The translations under genes and the position numbers were made by a program. DNA of 64,000 bases from Raillietiella orientalis (taxonomy: Eukaryota): the NCBI GenBank assembly GCA_036172245.1, contig JAYWIR010000027.1, positions 1,488,001-1,552,000 of the forward strand, read 5' to 3'. The notes under the pieces were generated by a model. That model was not told the origin of the DNA, did no database searches, and worked only from the letters and a program-made list of their open reading frames with translations. Shown here in pieces: positions 23,163-33,975 of the stretch (positions are counted from its first letter, which is position 1; each line of letters starts with the position of its first letter).

Positions 23163-24833
23163 TTAGAGTCCGCATGCGGTAGCATCCATTGACGTCAGCC
23201 GCCGACTCATCCTCAGGACGACGTTCGTCGAAAGCAGGGCAGGTGCCGTCGTCAGCCACTTCTTTTTCAACCCCTCCGAGCCCTTGCGTTCCCACGGGAA
23301 CTGCGTTTCCGAATCCACCCACTCGAAGCGCTCTTCCCATGCTCTGGAGCACCTCCTCCCTCGAAAACGAACTTTCTCCCATCCCTATCAACTTCCTCTA
23401 GGGCATCGCGGTTGCCCTCCACCCGTACGAAAAATACTCCTATCCATCCCTGGCTTCCCTGGGATGGATCCTTGCCACCCCAGCTGCACATATCACGGAA
23501 AGCGATCGAGCAGAAAGAACGAACACAGAAGCAGCTTCCGAACCACACGGCGGCGTGACCACCTCACCCAAGCGCAACGCCTTGACAGCGCACCCGCCGG
23601 CTGGCGTCCACGTTCTCCGAACTGCGGTCGCCACGATTACGCGCCATCTGAATGAGCGCCGATCGAGGCATTCATCCCCTTGCGCGGGAGACCGCTTCGG
23701 GAAGGCCATGCGCCTCTGCGGCGAAACGCTGCGCGGCTGCCGGGATGCTGCTTCTCCGTGCTGCACGACGTCCAGGTTCCGGCAACGGAGCTCTGGCGAA
23801 ACGCCATCTGGACGCCACCCTGCCACGCCATAGCAGGGTCCGTAGAATCGACAAGCCATCCGGGGAATGCCTCCAGCCTCAAGCGTGGCAGAGCGCGGTC
23901 CGTCCGATAAGCAGCCGAAAGGTCAGACGCACCTCAACCCTTTGATAACGAGCCCGCAACGGCTGCAGTCGGCTTCACCGCGGAGAAGAAAAGTGCCGGG
24001 CCACGGGGATTCTGGGAGCGCCTCGACGACCGACGCCATCTTCGATGCCGGATGCCACGCTTCCTTCTCACGCTCTTCCTGACCCCCCTTGGTTCTCGCC
24101 GGGATCGGGGGACCGAGCCACGACGGTCGAGGTGCGTCTCGTCGCGCACCTCCACTCCACGATCGCGCCACTGCGCGCGCTGCAGACGAACATGCGGCGC
24201 CTCGATCAGCAGCGACCGCTCAAGCATCTCCTGAAACTCTTCCACTTGGCCTGCATCCGCGAAACCTTCCGCCCGATGCGAGGCGACGGTTCCTTTGCAG
24301 CGTTGGCGCCGCCACCAGCTCCGCTGTTCCGCGTATCCCCGGAAACGCCCATCTCCCAGTAGGCGCACCTGCTGCCAACGCGCAGCCCGCAACCGCGGCG
24401 ACTCGAATCGGCAATCTTGGCAGCTTCTTTCCCTTTGCGTGCGGTCTTCCCCCCCCCTCCTCCCCGTGGTCCAGGGACCTCTCGCGTGGCGCCACGCATG
24501 CTCGGCCACCTGCCCAAGTCCAAGTCGCGCCAGACGCGAACCGTTCGCCGCGCTGCGCTTCCTCGCAACTCGACGAGCCCACCTGCATGCGTGTCACTTT
24601 TCTCCCCCCTTTTCTTTGCTTTGCGCATCCCGAGCAGCGAGATGACTAACACTTTTCGCTCCTGCACACCTTCCGCACAACGCACCTTCCGCGTGCGAAC
24701 CGAAGCAACAACGCTGACGTGGCGCAAATTCACGTGCCGCCGACTGGATGCTGAGCCCGCGTGGCCCCCTCCAGCTCACCGGACGGTGAAACGCCCGGAG
24801 AAGCTTTCGCCAGCATGGCGCGCCTGCCGCCAT
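23163..24833 (-). pseudogene. MRPS30 (mL65/PDCD9)-like mitoribosomal protein pseudogene, left-arm copy
   Basis: Mirror of 31407-33078; see that entry. Confidence 0.55.
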
Positions 24834-24938
24834 CTTCGCTGACTCGCTGTGGGTCCTTCCCAAGGACGCCCCAGCAATGCTCGGCGGAGTCCAGTCCCCC
24901 TCCCTGCGGAAAGATACGTGCCGGCAATCTTCCTTCTT

Positions 24939-25379
24939 TTATTGCAACGAATCTTTGGTGAACGCATGCGGGTACAAGTCCGCCAGGCTGGTCACAAGCA
25001 CCGCGTCGCTCTGAGGCCCGCACAGATACACCACCATCGCGCCAGAGTTGAATTCCGACAGCGCCTGCCTGCAACTACCGCAAGGGAACGTGAATTCCTT
25101 CGACGCCCTCTTCCCTGCGACAGCAACCGCTTTGAAGGACCGGTAGCCTGCGCACACAGCCGTCACGAGCGCTGTTCTTTCGGCGCACGACACCACGGAC
25201 GAGGAGGCGTTCTCCACGTTGCAACCTTTGAAGATGCTGTCATCTTCGGTCAAGATCGCTGCCCCCACCGGGAACTTGCTGTACGGGCAGTACGCGTTTT
25301 CCATGGCTTCCATGCTCGCCGCCACGAGCTTCTGCTCCCACGGCTCCAGTTCCATCACCTTTCTCACTGCTCCACACAT
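24939..25379 (-). CDS. CDA: Cytidine deaminase (homotetrameric free-nucleoside type), 146 aa, intronless
   Basis: AYCPYSKFPVGAA, GCNVEN, CAERTA (Zn ligand and catalytic Glu), PCGSCRQ and LYPHAF; full length, with AATAAA overlapping the stop. Confidence 0.96.
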   Translation of the reverse strand: MCGAVRKVMELEPWEQKLVAASMEAMENAYCPYSKFPVGAAILTEDDSIFKGCNVENASSSVVSCAERTALVTAVCAGYRSFKAVAVAGKRASKEFTFPCGSCRQALSEFNSGAMVVYLCGPQSDAVLVTSLADLYPHAFTKDSLQ

Positions 25380-26049
25380 TGCCTCGTCTGCTCACCACGC
25401 GTTGGTCACCTACGGCAGAAAAAACAATCGCATTCTTCCTCCACCTTCTTTTCTTTTCTTTTTTGACGTGGGATTCTGCCCATCTTTCGGATAGCAGCGC
25501 GGGTGCATTCGCGCTTGCACAGGTCGTCGTCGTCGCACCGCACCCCATGCGAAAAGCGCCACTCCCTTTCCTCGGCGACCGTGAACACCTACGGCCGACC
25601 GGCCGAACATCGCGAACACTACGTGGACGCGGACGAACACTCTGCAAATGGGTCTCGACATGCAGATCCGTACACCGATTCATTGGAACACGAGCACCGT
25701 GTACCACCCGCCAAGACAGCGACGACGAAGATCTCAACGTACGTCTCTCTCCATATCTTGCATTCCTTCCTATCGATTCACACGCGCACTACATAAATCG
25801 TGAGCGTTCGTACGAACGTATACATTCGAGGTGAAAAATACTACATACGTTCCTTGTGTATGGATTCATACATTCAGAACGACTACGCGTGAAATGAATT
25901 CATCAAAAAAATAAAAATGAAAAACACGGACGACCATTCGAAACACCGGAAAAAACAAACAAACAGACAAACACCTACAAGAAGGACATGCGTTAATTTT
26001 CCCGTGTGATGATGAAAGATTAGGGATTGCATCGACGCACACGACAAGC

Positions 26050-28400
26050 ACGCGTCACGTGCTTTCGCACCTCCTCCCGATGACCTCCTCCCTCGTTCCG
26101 GACGCGGTCGTCTGCGGACTCGGGCGTGCGGCAGATCGGGTGCGACCTTCTCCTGCGCGTGCGTGTCCCCCAGTCTCTCGATTTGCTGCCCCCGAGGGTC
26201 CCGCTCGCCGGCCGGCGCTCGCCTTTCCGGCCAACCGAGCGCCCCTGACGCCGCCGTCGCTGGGCGGAACCCGCTCGAGGGTTTCCTCTGCCCCCGCGGC
26301 TGTCCCACCCCCGCCGCTGTTGCACGCCGTCTTTCCTTTGCCGCCGCCGCGACCTTTCCCTTTCGTCGACACCACTTTGCCCTCGTCCGCGCCACTTCCC
26401 AGTCGATGACCGCGTTCCGGTCGATACGCCCGCCGGGCGCCAAGGCGACCGACCGCGCTGCTGACGAGGAGACAGCGGCGTCGGGCGAGGGACCGTTGGC
26501 ATCCCGCGCGAGGCCGGGAGTGGGCGACGCGTATCGCTGCGAAGGGCGGCGCGCTCCCGACGGAAGGCGCGTTACCCATCGGAAGAACCGCCCAGCTGCT
26601 ACTTCTGCTGCGTCCCGAGAGCCCACCATCTGTCCGCGGCGACAACCATCGATACCTCGTCAGAGGGATGCAAAAGGTGGGGGAGAGAGAGCAGGGAGGA
26701 TACACACCCTTTCGGTGATGACCCCGAGGCGCAGCTGTGCCAGGCAAAGGCGAAGTGCTCCCAGCGCTCCTCCAAGACCGCAGCACGCGACCCACACCAA
26801 CTACCTGTCCCCGCGCAGGTCTTCCGGGAATTTTCGCGCCAGAGCGCCGCTGCGGTCCGCGGGGGGGGCGGTCATCCGGTACGAATTGATGTAAAGCTGA
26901 GCGCGACCTCCACCACAAGGACAGCAGGAGTGACGGCAGTAGGGCGAGTCTCGGGCGAAACGGTGGAGCTCCCCCTAGCAAGCGCCGGCAAGCGGACGAA
27001 ATCGTCGGACCTGCCCACATCCAGTCCCGTGGACCGCGGGCTTTCGCGACAGCACAAGGTCGAGCGCTGACATTGCACCCCTCACTTCCTCCGTCCGGTG
27101 TAGCCCGTGCCGAACGGGGTGGCTCACCTTCCGGCCTGTTTGCGCGGACCTCAAAGTGTCTGCGATCTCGCCGCTGGAAACGATCTGCGAGTGCGTCTCG
27201 AAGGGCGGATACCGCGCAGACACCTCGGACAGGCATCTAGTGACCGAAGGAGAGGGTTGCTTGGAGAGGACGGAGCGAATCGCCCACGAGCGGCGTGGCG
27301 CGCAGCGTCCCCCTACTGTTTTCATCTGTCGTTCCGAAGCGGTCGATGCAACCGCTACGTGCTGCCTTCTTACTCGCGTCCCCAATTCCAAGCTTCCCCG
27401 AGTGGCGCGAGAGACCGCCATCGGGTGTTCGTATCGCGCGTGCAATCACAGCATGCAAACACTGGATGGGAAAACGCGTGGCCTAAAGACCAAGCGCAAG
27501 AGCAAGCACGCGCCTGGGCTCACCTCGCTCGAGCAACAACTCGGCTGCGCACGTCCGTCCACTGCGGGCAGAGAGCGAGAACAGCAGAGGGACGTCCTAC
27601 GCCCACGAAGTCCCCGCGTCGAAACGAGAAGGGATGCCGCGCTCGCGTGTGCTCCCACTTGCGCAGCGTTACCACGCACCGGTCGCGCGCGGAATGACGA
27701 CGCTTTCCCACTTCCCGGACGACTCCCGATGTGATGTCCCTCCCCCCTACCCATTCCAGCGATGCCTCGCTGCCGCGCGCAAGGTTAAAATTCTGCGTGT
27801 CGGATTCCAAACTCGGCATCCTGAGCGGTCCACGGTGCTCTGGGACGCAGGTTCCCTTCCGCTTGGAGGGATGGGCACCACGACGAGAGATCGACTTCGT
27901 CCGTTTCTGAGCGACAGTGGTCCAGCTCGCGAAACCTCGAGGTCCCACACCAGCTCCCGGGTCCAACTTGCATCGTCTGCCAGAGTGCTGGCAAACATTC
28001 GCCAAGGTCTCTTTGCCCGGAGCCTTCTCCAATGTGTCGTCTTCGAAAGGTGCGAACCCGCTTTGGCCACCAAGCGCGCCAGAAAGAAGCAGCTGCCGTC
28101 GCACCGGCGCACCCACGTTCCGGCCTTCTCGTTCGGCGACGGCTCCGCAGGCATTGTTGCGTGTGACGTAACATCCGCCTCGTTTGCCGCCGCACACCTC
28201 TCGTCCCCCGACTTCCGGGGTGCTCGAATTCGAAGGCGGAAGAGCTTTTTCGGCTTCGCATCGTTTCGTCGGCGCAGACGGCAAAAAATGGGTTGCACTC
28301 GGGCGTCCACGAGTGTGGCTGCTGATCGGAGCCACGAAAGGTCAGGCCCGCGTCGGAGGCCGTGTGGTTACGGAGGTCTCCGCGTGTGGCACCTGGCGTT
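26050..28400 (-). mobile_element. Decayed Ty3/gypsy pol relic crossing the inner breakpoint of the left arm
   Basis: VTRCLSEVSARYPPFETHSQIVSSGE (cf. TVN..L.VD.YPLP...LFA.L.GG), FVRLPALARGSSTVS (cf. Y.RLPFG.SSAP.IF), QFVPDD (cf. Y.DD), RGHHRKGVYP and PATAASGALG (cf. L.TDAS..GLG) occur in the expected order. Confidence 0.55.
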
Positions 28401-28439
28401 GCGAGTCCGAATACTCGGCAAGAATGGACGCAAAGAGTT

Positions 28440-28870
28440 TGTGCGCGTCGTGGGTTCGAGTTGGAGACCCGCGAGATAACTGTGCTCGGCCTACTTCCGG
28501 GGGCGGCGCCCAGTAGTGGTTCAAGCTGTATGCCCCCGAAGAGGTCCCAAATTATGGAAGTCGACCTCCGGGTGCCTTCCAGGAATCAAGGAGTCGGAGT
28601 TCCCCTCCAGTTGTGCATAGAAGCAGACTCCCCTTTGGGGGGGACCCTCCATAGAGTAGGTGTGTCGTCATGTCTCTAGAGTTCCAGAGGAGCGTGCCGC
28701 TTTCTTCGGGGAGAGCTCCCTTCTGAATTTCGGAAGCGTCCCTTCGGGGTCTCTTCAGAGGAGTAAACAGGAGCGGTTCTCTTGCAGGTTCCCTTCGGAG
28801 AAGAAAACATGGAACGGACCCCTTCGGGGTCCCTCCAGAGAGAGTAAAGAAGGGAAGGATTGTCTTCCGG
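28440..28870 (+). mobile_element. Diverged SINE fragment, copy E
   Basis: GGAAGTCGACCTCCGGGTGCCTTCCAGGAATCAAGGAG plus CCTTCGGGGT...CAGAGGAG internal repeats match copies B and C; box-B-like GGTTCGAGT at ~28453. Confidence 0.65.
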
Positions 28871-28899
28871 GTTCCCGTCGTAGACAACCGGGGTTTGGA

Positions 28900-29815
28900 G
28901 GTTCCCTACTGGAGTGCTTCCGTGCTCTTCCGAGTGTGAGCGGTTGCTGCCTGCTGCCTTCATCAAACGTTCTTATTCTGCCAGGTGTCCAACAGGGCTG
29001 GGTCGGCCTATACCGAGCGTATGGGCCCTTTGACCTGCTGGTGTTCAGTGTTTTCCATGCTTGCCTCCGTTCGAAACTTGAGTAGACTTATTTGCTCACT
29101 ATTGCCAACTTCGATCCCCTCTAAGGTCTCTGGGAAACCCAGATAAAAAGACAAGGAATCTCACAGCTGCCACCTAACGAGTGCCTCCAACCCCCTGACT
29201 TGACATCTGCGGATGATGTACTTTCTCTTGATTTTTCCAGTGCAACCCGCGGTGGGGTGAATTTATTCAGCGATCTTAACACAAACCCACAAACAAATGA
29301 ACACCACCACTCTGGCGACCTGTGGGTTGCTTTCAAGTCACAGCGGCCCGCGCGGGCAACTCATTGCACCGTCCTGGGCGATTCTTAAGCAATGCAAGAG
29401 AGTCCAGGAGAGTACTCTGCCTCATGCCCGTATCCTGATGTCCCTCTTCAGAAGTCCTTGCACGATGTTCTGGGCGTTACATACGTGGACCCTCTCCAGC
29501 TTCTTCCTGATGAAAATCCTCCTCAGAAAGAATGCACAGAGAGGTTGTAACGGGGCACACCGTCTTCGCCTTCAAACAGCCCTCGTTGGATGTCCAGTTT
29601 GCGTTTTTCGTCCATTCCGATAGCATTCCATAGCAATTGCCAGGCCAGGACAAGTGTGCGGCACGTGTGAACATGTAGGTCATCTTCGGTTGACCTGCAT
29701 GCCGGGAACTAGTCGTCATCGGGGTTCCCGGTCCAGCGTCAGGGTCTCGTTCCGCGTTGAATGCCTCCATGATATGACATCAGAAGACAATCCTAGCAGT
29801 AACGAGGAACTCTGG
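28900..29815 (-). mobile_element. Ty3/gypsy integrase relic
   Basis: RHAGQPKMTYMFTRAAHLSWPG (HHCC Zn domain; cf. H.GHPG..KM...AR..VWWPG), ELPARAAVT*KQP (cf. GLP..IVSDNG) and HHPQMSSQG (cf. YHPQSNG). Confidence 0.6.
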
Positions 29816-30860
29816 AAGACTGGAACGCGGTCATCGACTGGGAAGTGGCGCGGACGAGGGCAAAGTGGTGTCGACGAAAGGGAAAGGTCGCGGCGGCGGC
29901 AAAGGAAAGACGGCGTGCAACAGCGGCGGGGGTGGGACAGCCGCGGGGGCAGAGGAAACCCTCGAGCGGGTTCCGCCCAGCGACGGCGGCGTCAGGGGCG
30001 CTCGGTTGGCCGGAAAGGCGAGCGCCGGCCGGCGAGCGGGACCCTCGGGGGCAGCAAATCGAGAGACTGGGGGACACGCACGCGCAGGAGAAGGTCGCAC
30101 CCGATCTGCCGCACGCCCGAGTCCGCAGACGACCGCGTCCGGAACGAGGGAGGAGGTCATCGGGAGGAGGTGCGAAAGCACGTGACGCGTGCTTGTCGTG
30201 TGCGTCGATGCAATCCCTAATCTTTCATCATCACACGGGAAAATTAACGCATGTCCTTCTTGTAGGTGTTTGTCTGTTTGTTTGTTTTTTCCGGTGTTTC
30301 GAATGGTCGTCCGTGTTTTTCATTTTTATTTTTTTGATGAATTCATTTCACGCGTAGTCGTTCTGAATGTATGAATCCATACACAAGGAACGTATGTAGT
30401 ATTTTTCACCTCGAATGTATACGTTCGTACGAACGCTCACGATTTATGTAGTGCGCGTGTGAATCGATAGGAAGGAATGCAAGATATGGAGAGAGACGTA
30501 CGTTGAGATCTTCGTCGTCGCTGTCTTGGCGGGTGGTACACGGTGCTCGTGTTCCAATGAATCGGTGTACGGATCTGCATGTCGAGACCCATTTGCAGAG
30601 TGTTCGTCCGCGTCCACGTAGTGTTCGCGATGTTCGGCCGGTCGGCCGTAGGTGTTCACGGTCGCCGAGGAAAGGGAGTGGCGCTTTTCGCATGGGGTGC
30701 GGTGCGACGACGACGACCTGTGCAAGCGCGAATGCACCCGCGCTGCTATCCGAAAGATGGGCAGAATCCCACGTCAAAAAAGAAAAGAAAAGAAGGTGGA
30801 GGAAGAATGCGATTGTTTTTTCTGCCGTAGGTGACCAACGCGTGGTGAGCAGACGAGGCA

Positions 30861-31301
30861 ATGTGTGGAGCAGTGAGAAAGGTGATGGAACTGGAGCCGT
30901 GGGAGCAGAAGCTCGTGGCGGCGAGCATGGAAGCCATGGAAAACGCGTACTGCCCGTACAGCAAGTTCCCGGTGGGGGCAGCGATCTTGACCGAAGATGA
31001 CAGCATCTTCAAAGGTTGCAACGTGGAGAACGCCTCCTCGTCCGTGGTGTCGTGCGCCGAAAGAACAGCGCTCGTGACGGCTGTGTGCGCAGGCTACCGG
31101 TCCTTCAAAGCGGTTGCTGTCGCAGGGAAGAGGGCGTCGAAGGAATTCACGTTCCCTTGCGGTAGTTGCAGGCAGGCGCTGTCGGAATTCAACTCTGGCG
31201 CGATGGTGGTGTATCTGTGCGGGCCTCAGAGCGACGCGGTGCTTGTGACCAGCCTGGCGGACTTGTACCCGCATGCGTTCACCAAAGATTCGTTGCAATA
31301 A
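30861..31301 (+). CDS. CDA: Cytidine deaminase, second copy (identical protein)
   Basis: Same 146 aa protein as 24939-25379; upstream acceptor-like TTTTTTCTGCCGTAG ends at 30830. Confidence 0.96.
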   Translation: MCGAVRKVMELEPWEQKLVAASMEAMENAYCPYSKFPVGAAILTEDDSIFKGCNVENASSSVVSCAERTALVTAVCAGYRSFKAVAVAGKRASKEFTFPCGSCRQALSEFNSGAMVVYLCGPQSDAVLVTSLADLYPHAFTKDSLQ

Positions 31302-31406
31302 AAGAAGGAAGATTGCCGGCACGTATCTTTCCGCAGGGAGGGGGACTGGACTCCGCCGAGCATTGCTGGGGCGTCCTTGGGAAGGACCCACAGCGAGTCA
31401 GCGAAG

Positions 31407-33078
31407 ATGGCGGCAGGCGCGCCATGCTGGCGAAAGCTTCTCCGGGCGTTTCACCGTCCGGTGAGCTGGAGGGGGCCACGCGGGCTCAGCATCCAGTCGG
31501 CGGCACGTGAATTTGCGCCACGTCAGCGTTGTTGCTTCGGTTCGCACGCGGAAGGTGCGTTGTGCGGAAGGTGTGCAGGAGCGAAAAGTGTTAGTCATCT
31601 CGCTGCTCGGGATGCGCAAAGCAAAGAAAAGGGGGGAGAAAAGTGACACGCATGCAGGTGGGCTCGTCGAGTTGCGAGGAAGCGCAGCGCGGCGAACGGT
31701 TCGCGTCTGGCGCGACTTGGACTTGGGCAGGTGGCCGAGCATGCGTGGCGCCACGCGAGAGGTCCCTGGACCACGGGGAGGAGGGGGGGGGGAAGACCGC
31801 ACGCAAAGGGAAAGAAGCTGCCAAGATTGCCGATTCGAGTCGCCGCGGTTGCGGGCTGCGCGTTGGCAGCAGGTGCGCCTACTGGGAGATGGGCGTTTCC
31901 GGGGATACGCGGAACAGCGGAGCTGGTGGCGGCGCCAACGCTGCAAAGGAACCGTCGCCTCGCATCGGGCGGAAGGTTTCGCGGATGCAGGCCAAGTGGA
32001 AGAGTTTCAGGAGATGCTTGAGCGGTCGCTGCTGATCGAGGCGCCGCATGTTCGTCTGCAGCGCGCGCAGTGGCGCGATCGTGGAGTGGAGGTGCGCGAC
32101 GAGACGCACCTCGACCGTCGTGGCTCGGTCCCCCGATCCCGGCGAGAACCAAGGGGGGTCAGGAAGAGCGTGAGAAGGAAGCGTGGCATCCGGCATCGAA
32201 GATGGCGTCGGTCGTCGAGGCGCTCCCAGAATCCCCGTGGCCCGGCACTTTTCTTCTCCGCGGTGAAGCCGACTGCAGCCGTTGCGGGCTCGTTATCAAA
32301 GGGTTGAGGTGCGTCTGACCTTTCGGCTGCTTATCGGACGGACCGCGCTCTGCCACGCTTGAGGCTGGAGGCATTCCCCGGATGGCTTGTCGATTCTACG
32401 GACCCTGCTATGGCGTGGCAGGGTGGCGTCCAGATGGCGTTTCGCCAGAGCTCCGTTGCCGGAACCTGGACGTCGTGCAGCACGGAGAAGCAGCATCCCG
32501 GCAGCCGCGCAGCGTTTCGCCGCAGAGGCGCATGGCCTTCCCGAAGCGGTCTCCCGCGCAAGGGGATGAATGCCTCGATCGGCGCTCATTCAGATGGCGC
32601 GTAATCGTGGCGACCGCAGTTCGGAGAACGTGGACGCCAGCCGGCGGGTGCGCTGTCAAGGCGTTGCGCTTGGGTGAGGTGGTCACGCCGCCGTGTGGTT
32701 CGGAAGCTGCTTCTGTGTTCGTTCTTTCTGCTCGATCGCTTTCCGTGATATGTGCAGCTGGGGTGGCAAGGATCCATCCCAGGGAAGCCAGGGATGGATA
32801 GGAGTATTTTTCGTACGGGTGGAGGGCAACCGCGATGCCCTAGAGGAAGTTGATAGGGATGGGAGAAAGTTCGTTTTCGAGGGAGGAGGTGCTCCAGAGC
32901 ATGGGAAGAGCGCTTCGAGTGGGTGGATTCGGAAACGCAGTTCCCGTGGGAACGCAAGGGCTCGGAGGGGTTGAAAAAGAAGTGGCTGACGACGGCACCT
33001 GCCCTGCTTTCGACGAACGTCGTCCTGAGGATGAGTCGGCGGCTGACGTCAATGGATGCTACCGCATGCGGACTCTAA
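31407..33078 (+). pseudogene. MRPS30 (mL65/PDCD9)-like mitoribosomal protein pseudogene, right-arm copy
   Basis: Exon 1 MAAGAPCWRKLLRAFHRP|gtgagc resembles a mitochondrial presequence. Colinear blocks in shifting frames: ERSLLIEAPHVRL (cf. DCLLQEHFYLR), TFLLRGE (cf. HFYWVRGE), FPGWLVDSTDP (cf. FVGSKTADP), WTPA..../CQG (cf. WTGAQAMYQG), DG*EYFSY (cf. DGKYFSF), EGLKKKWLTTAPALL (cf. KGFNDDVLLQIVHFLL). Comparison is to the vertebrate sequence from memory. Contains an in-frame stop and frameshifts. Confidence 0.55.
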
Positions 33079-33975
33079 GGCAGACTCACCGTCCTGGGAG
33101 CAGGCCGGTGGTACCTTTGAGGCTGTGGAAGGAAGGACTCGGCCCTGTCGACGGACGCGATTCCAGCGGCGTCGGCACGGGGCGTTCTGCGTGCCCACAC
33201 GCGGGTTGGGCTCGAAATCACGAGTGCCGAAAGCTCGAAAGGGCGCAAGAGAGGAGCGCGTATTTACGCTTACGACACGTGTTGGTGCGCACGTGCTCGC
33301 ATGTCGGTGCCTTTGGACACTCGTAGGAACACAATCGGCAGTGCGTACGAATGCAATGTGCACGAATCGATCTTTGCAATCGTCCGCGGAATCCAGGTAG
33401 CGGCGGAGATCGTAAAAAACGTATATGCGTTTACTACGTGAGCATTCACGTAGAAGTCCGCCAATGTATTTGAACACGCGTGCTCATTGGTGTGGACGAA
33501 CGCGCGTGTGAATGCGATGGACAACGTGCACGGGGAGAATTCGAATGTGCAGGGATGGAACCATCAATGCAATGAGCGGGGCTGCGCAGATTGTAGAGAT
33601 GAACGGACGCGCGTTTCCTTGCACGGGACTGTGTACGCATGTGTACGCATTCACGTACGCATTGATATGCAAGCGCCTTTTCCACACGCGTGTCCATACG
33701 ATCAGCAGTGTATTTGAAATGTATTTTTGTCCGCCTACTCATTTCTTAGCATGCTACCGTGAATGCGCGTAGATGGAAGGAATGGAATCGTCAACTGAAT
33801 CAAAAGAAGTAGAGAGACTGCAGAGAGAAATAGAGAGAGGCGCACGTGGTATAGATGTGCGCGTGCGTTCGGAGGTGCTCCGTCGGTGCGCTCCCGTCGC
33901 AGACGAAGCCTGCCGCGTTCCAGCAGTCCGTGCGGGGGCGTGTGCACAGCCCCGAGATAAGTGGGGTGGGGCGTT

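Larger units (their letters stand above)
18309..26418. repeat. Left arm of a large inverted duplication (8110 bp)
   Basis: Every ORF is mirrored in 29822-37932, with coordinate sums 56240/56241. Boundaries were checked base by base. Confidence 0.97.

Noticed and set aside
24939..25379. CDA as an APOBEC/ADAT-type editor or a bacterial horizontal transfer
   Set aside because: The CAE (not HAE) motif, AYCPYS and size match the metazoan tetrameric nucleoside CDA. Nothing visible points to bacterial origin; a phylogeny would be needed.
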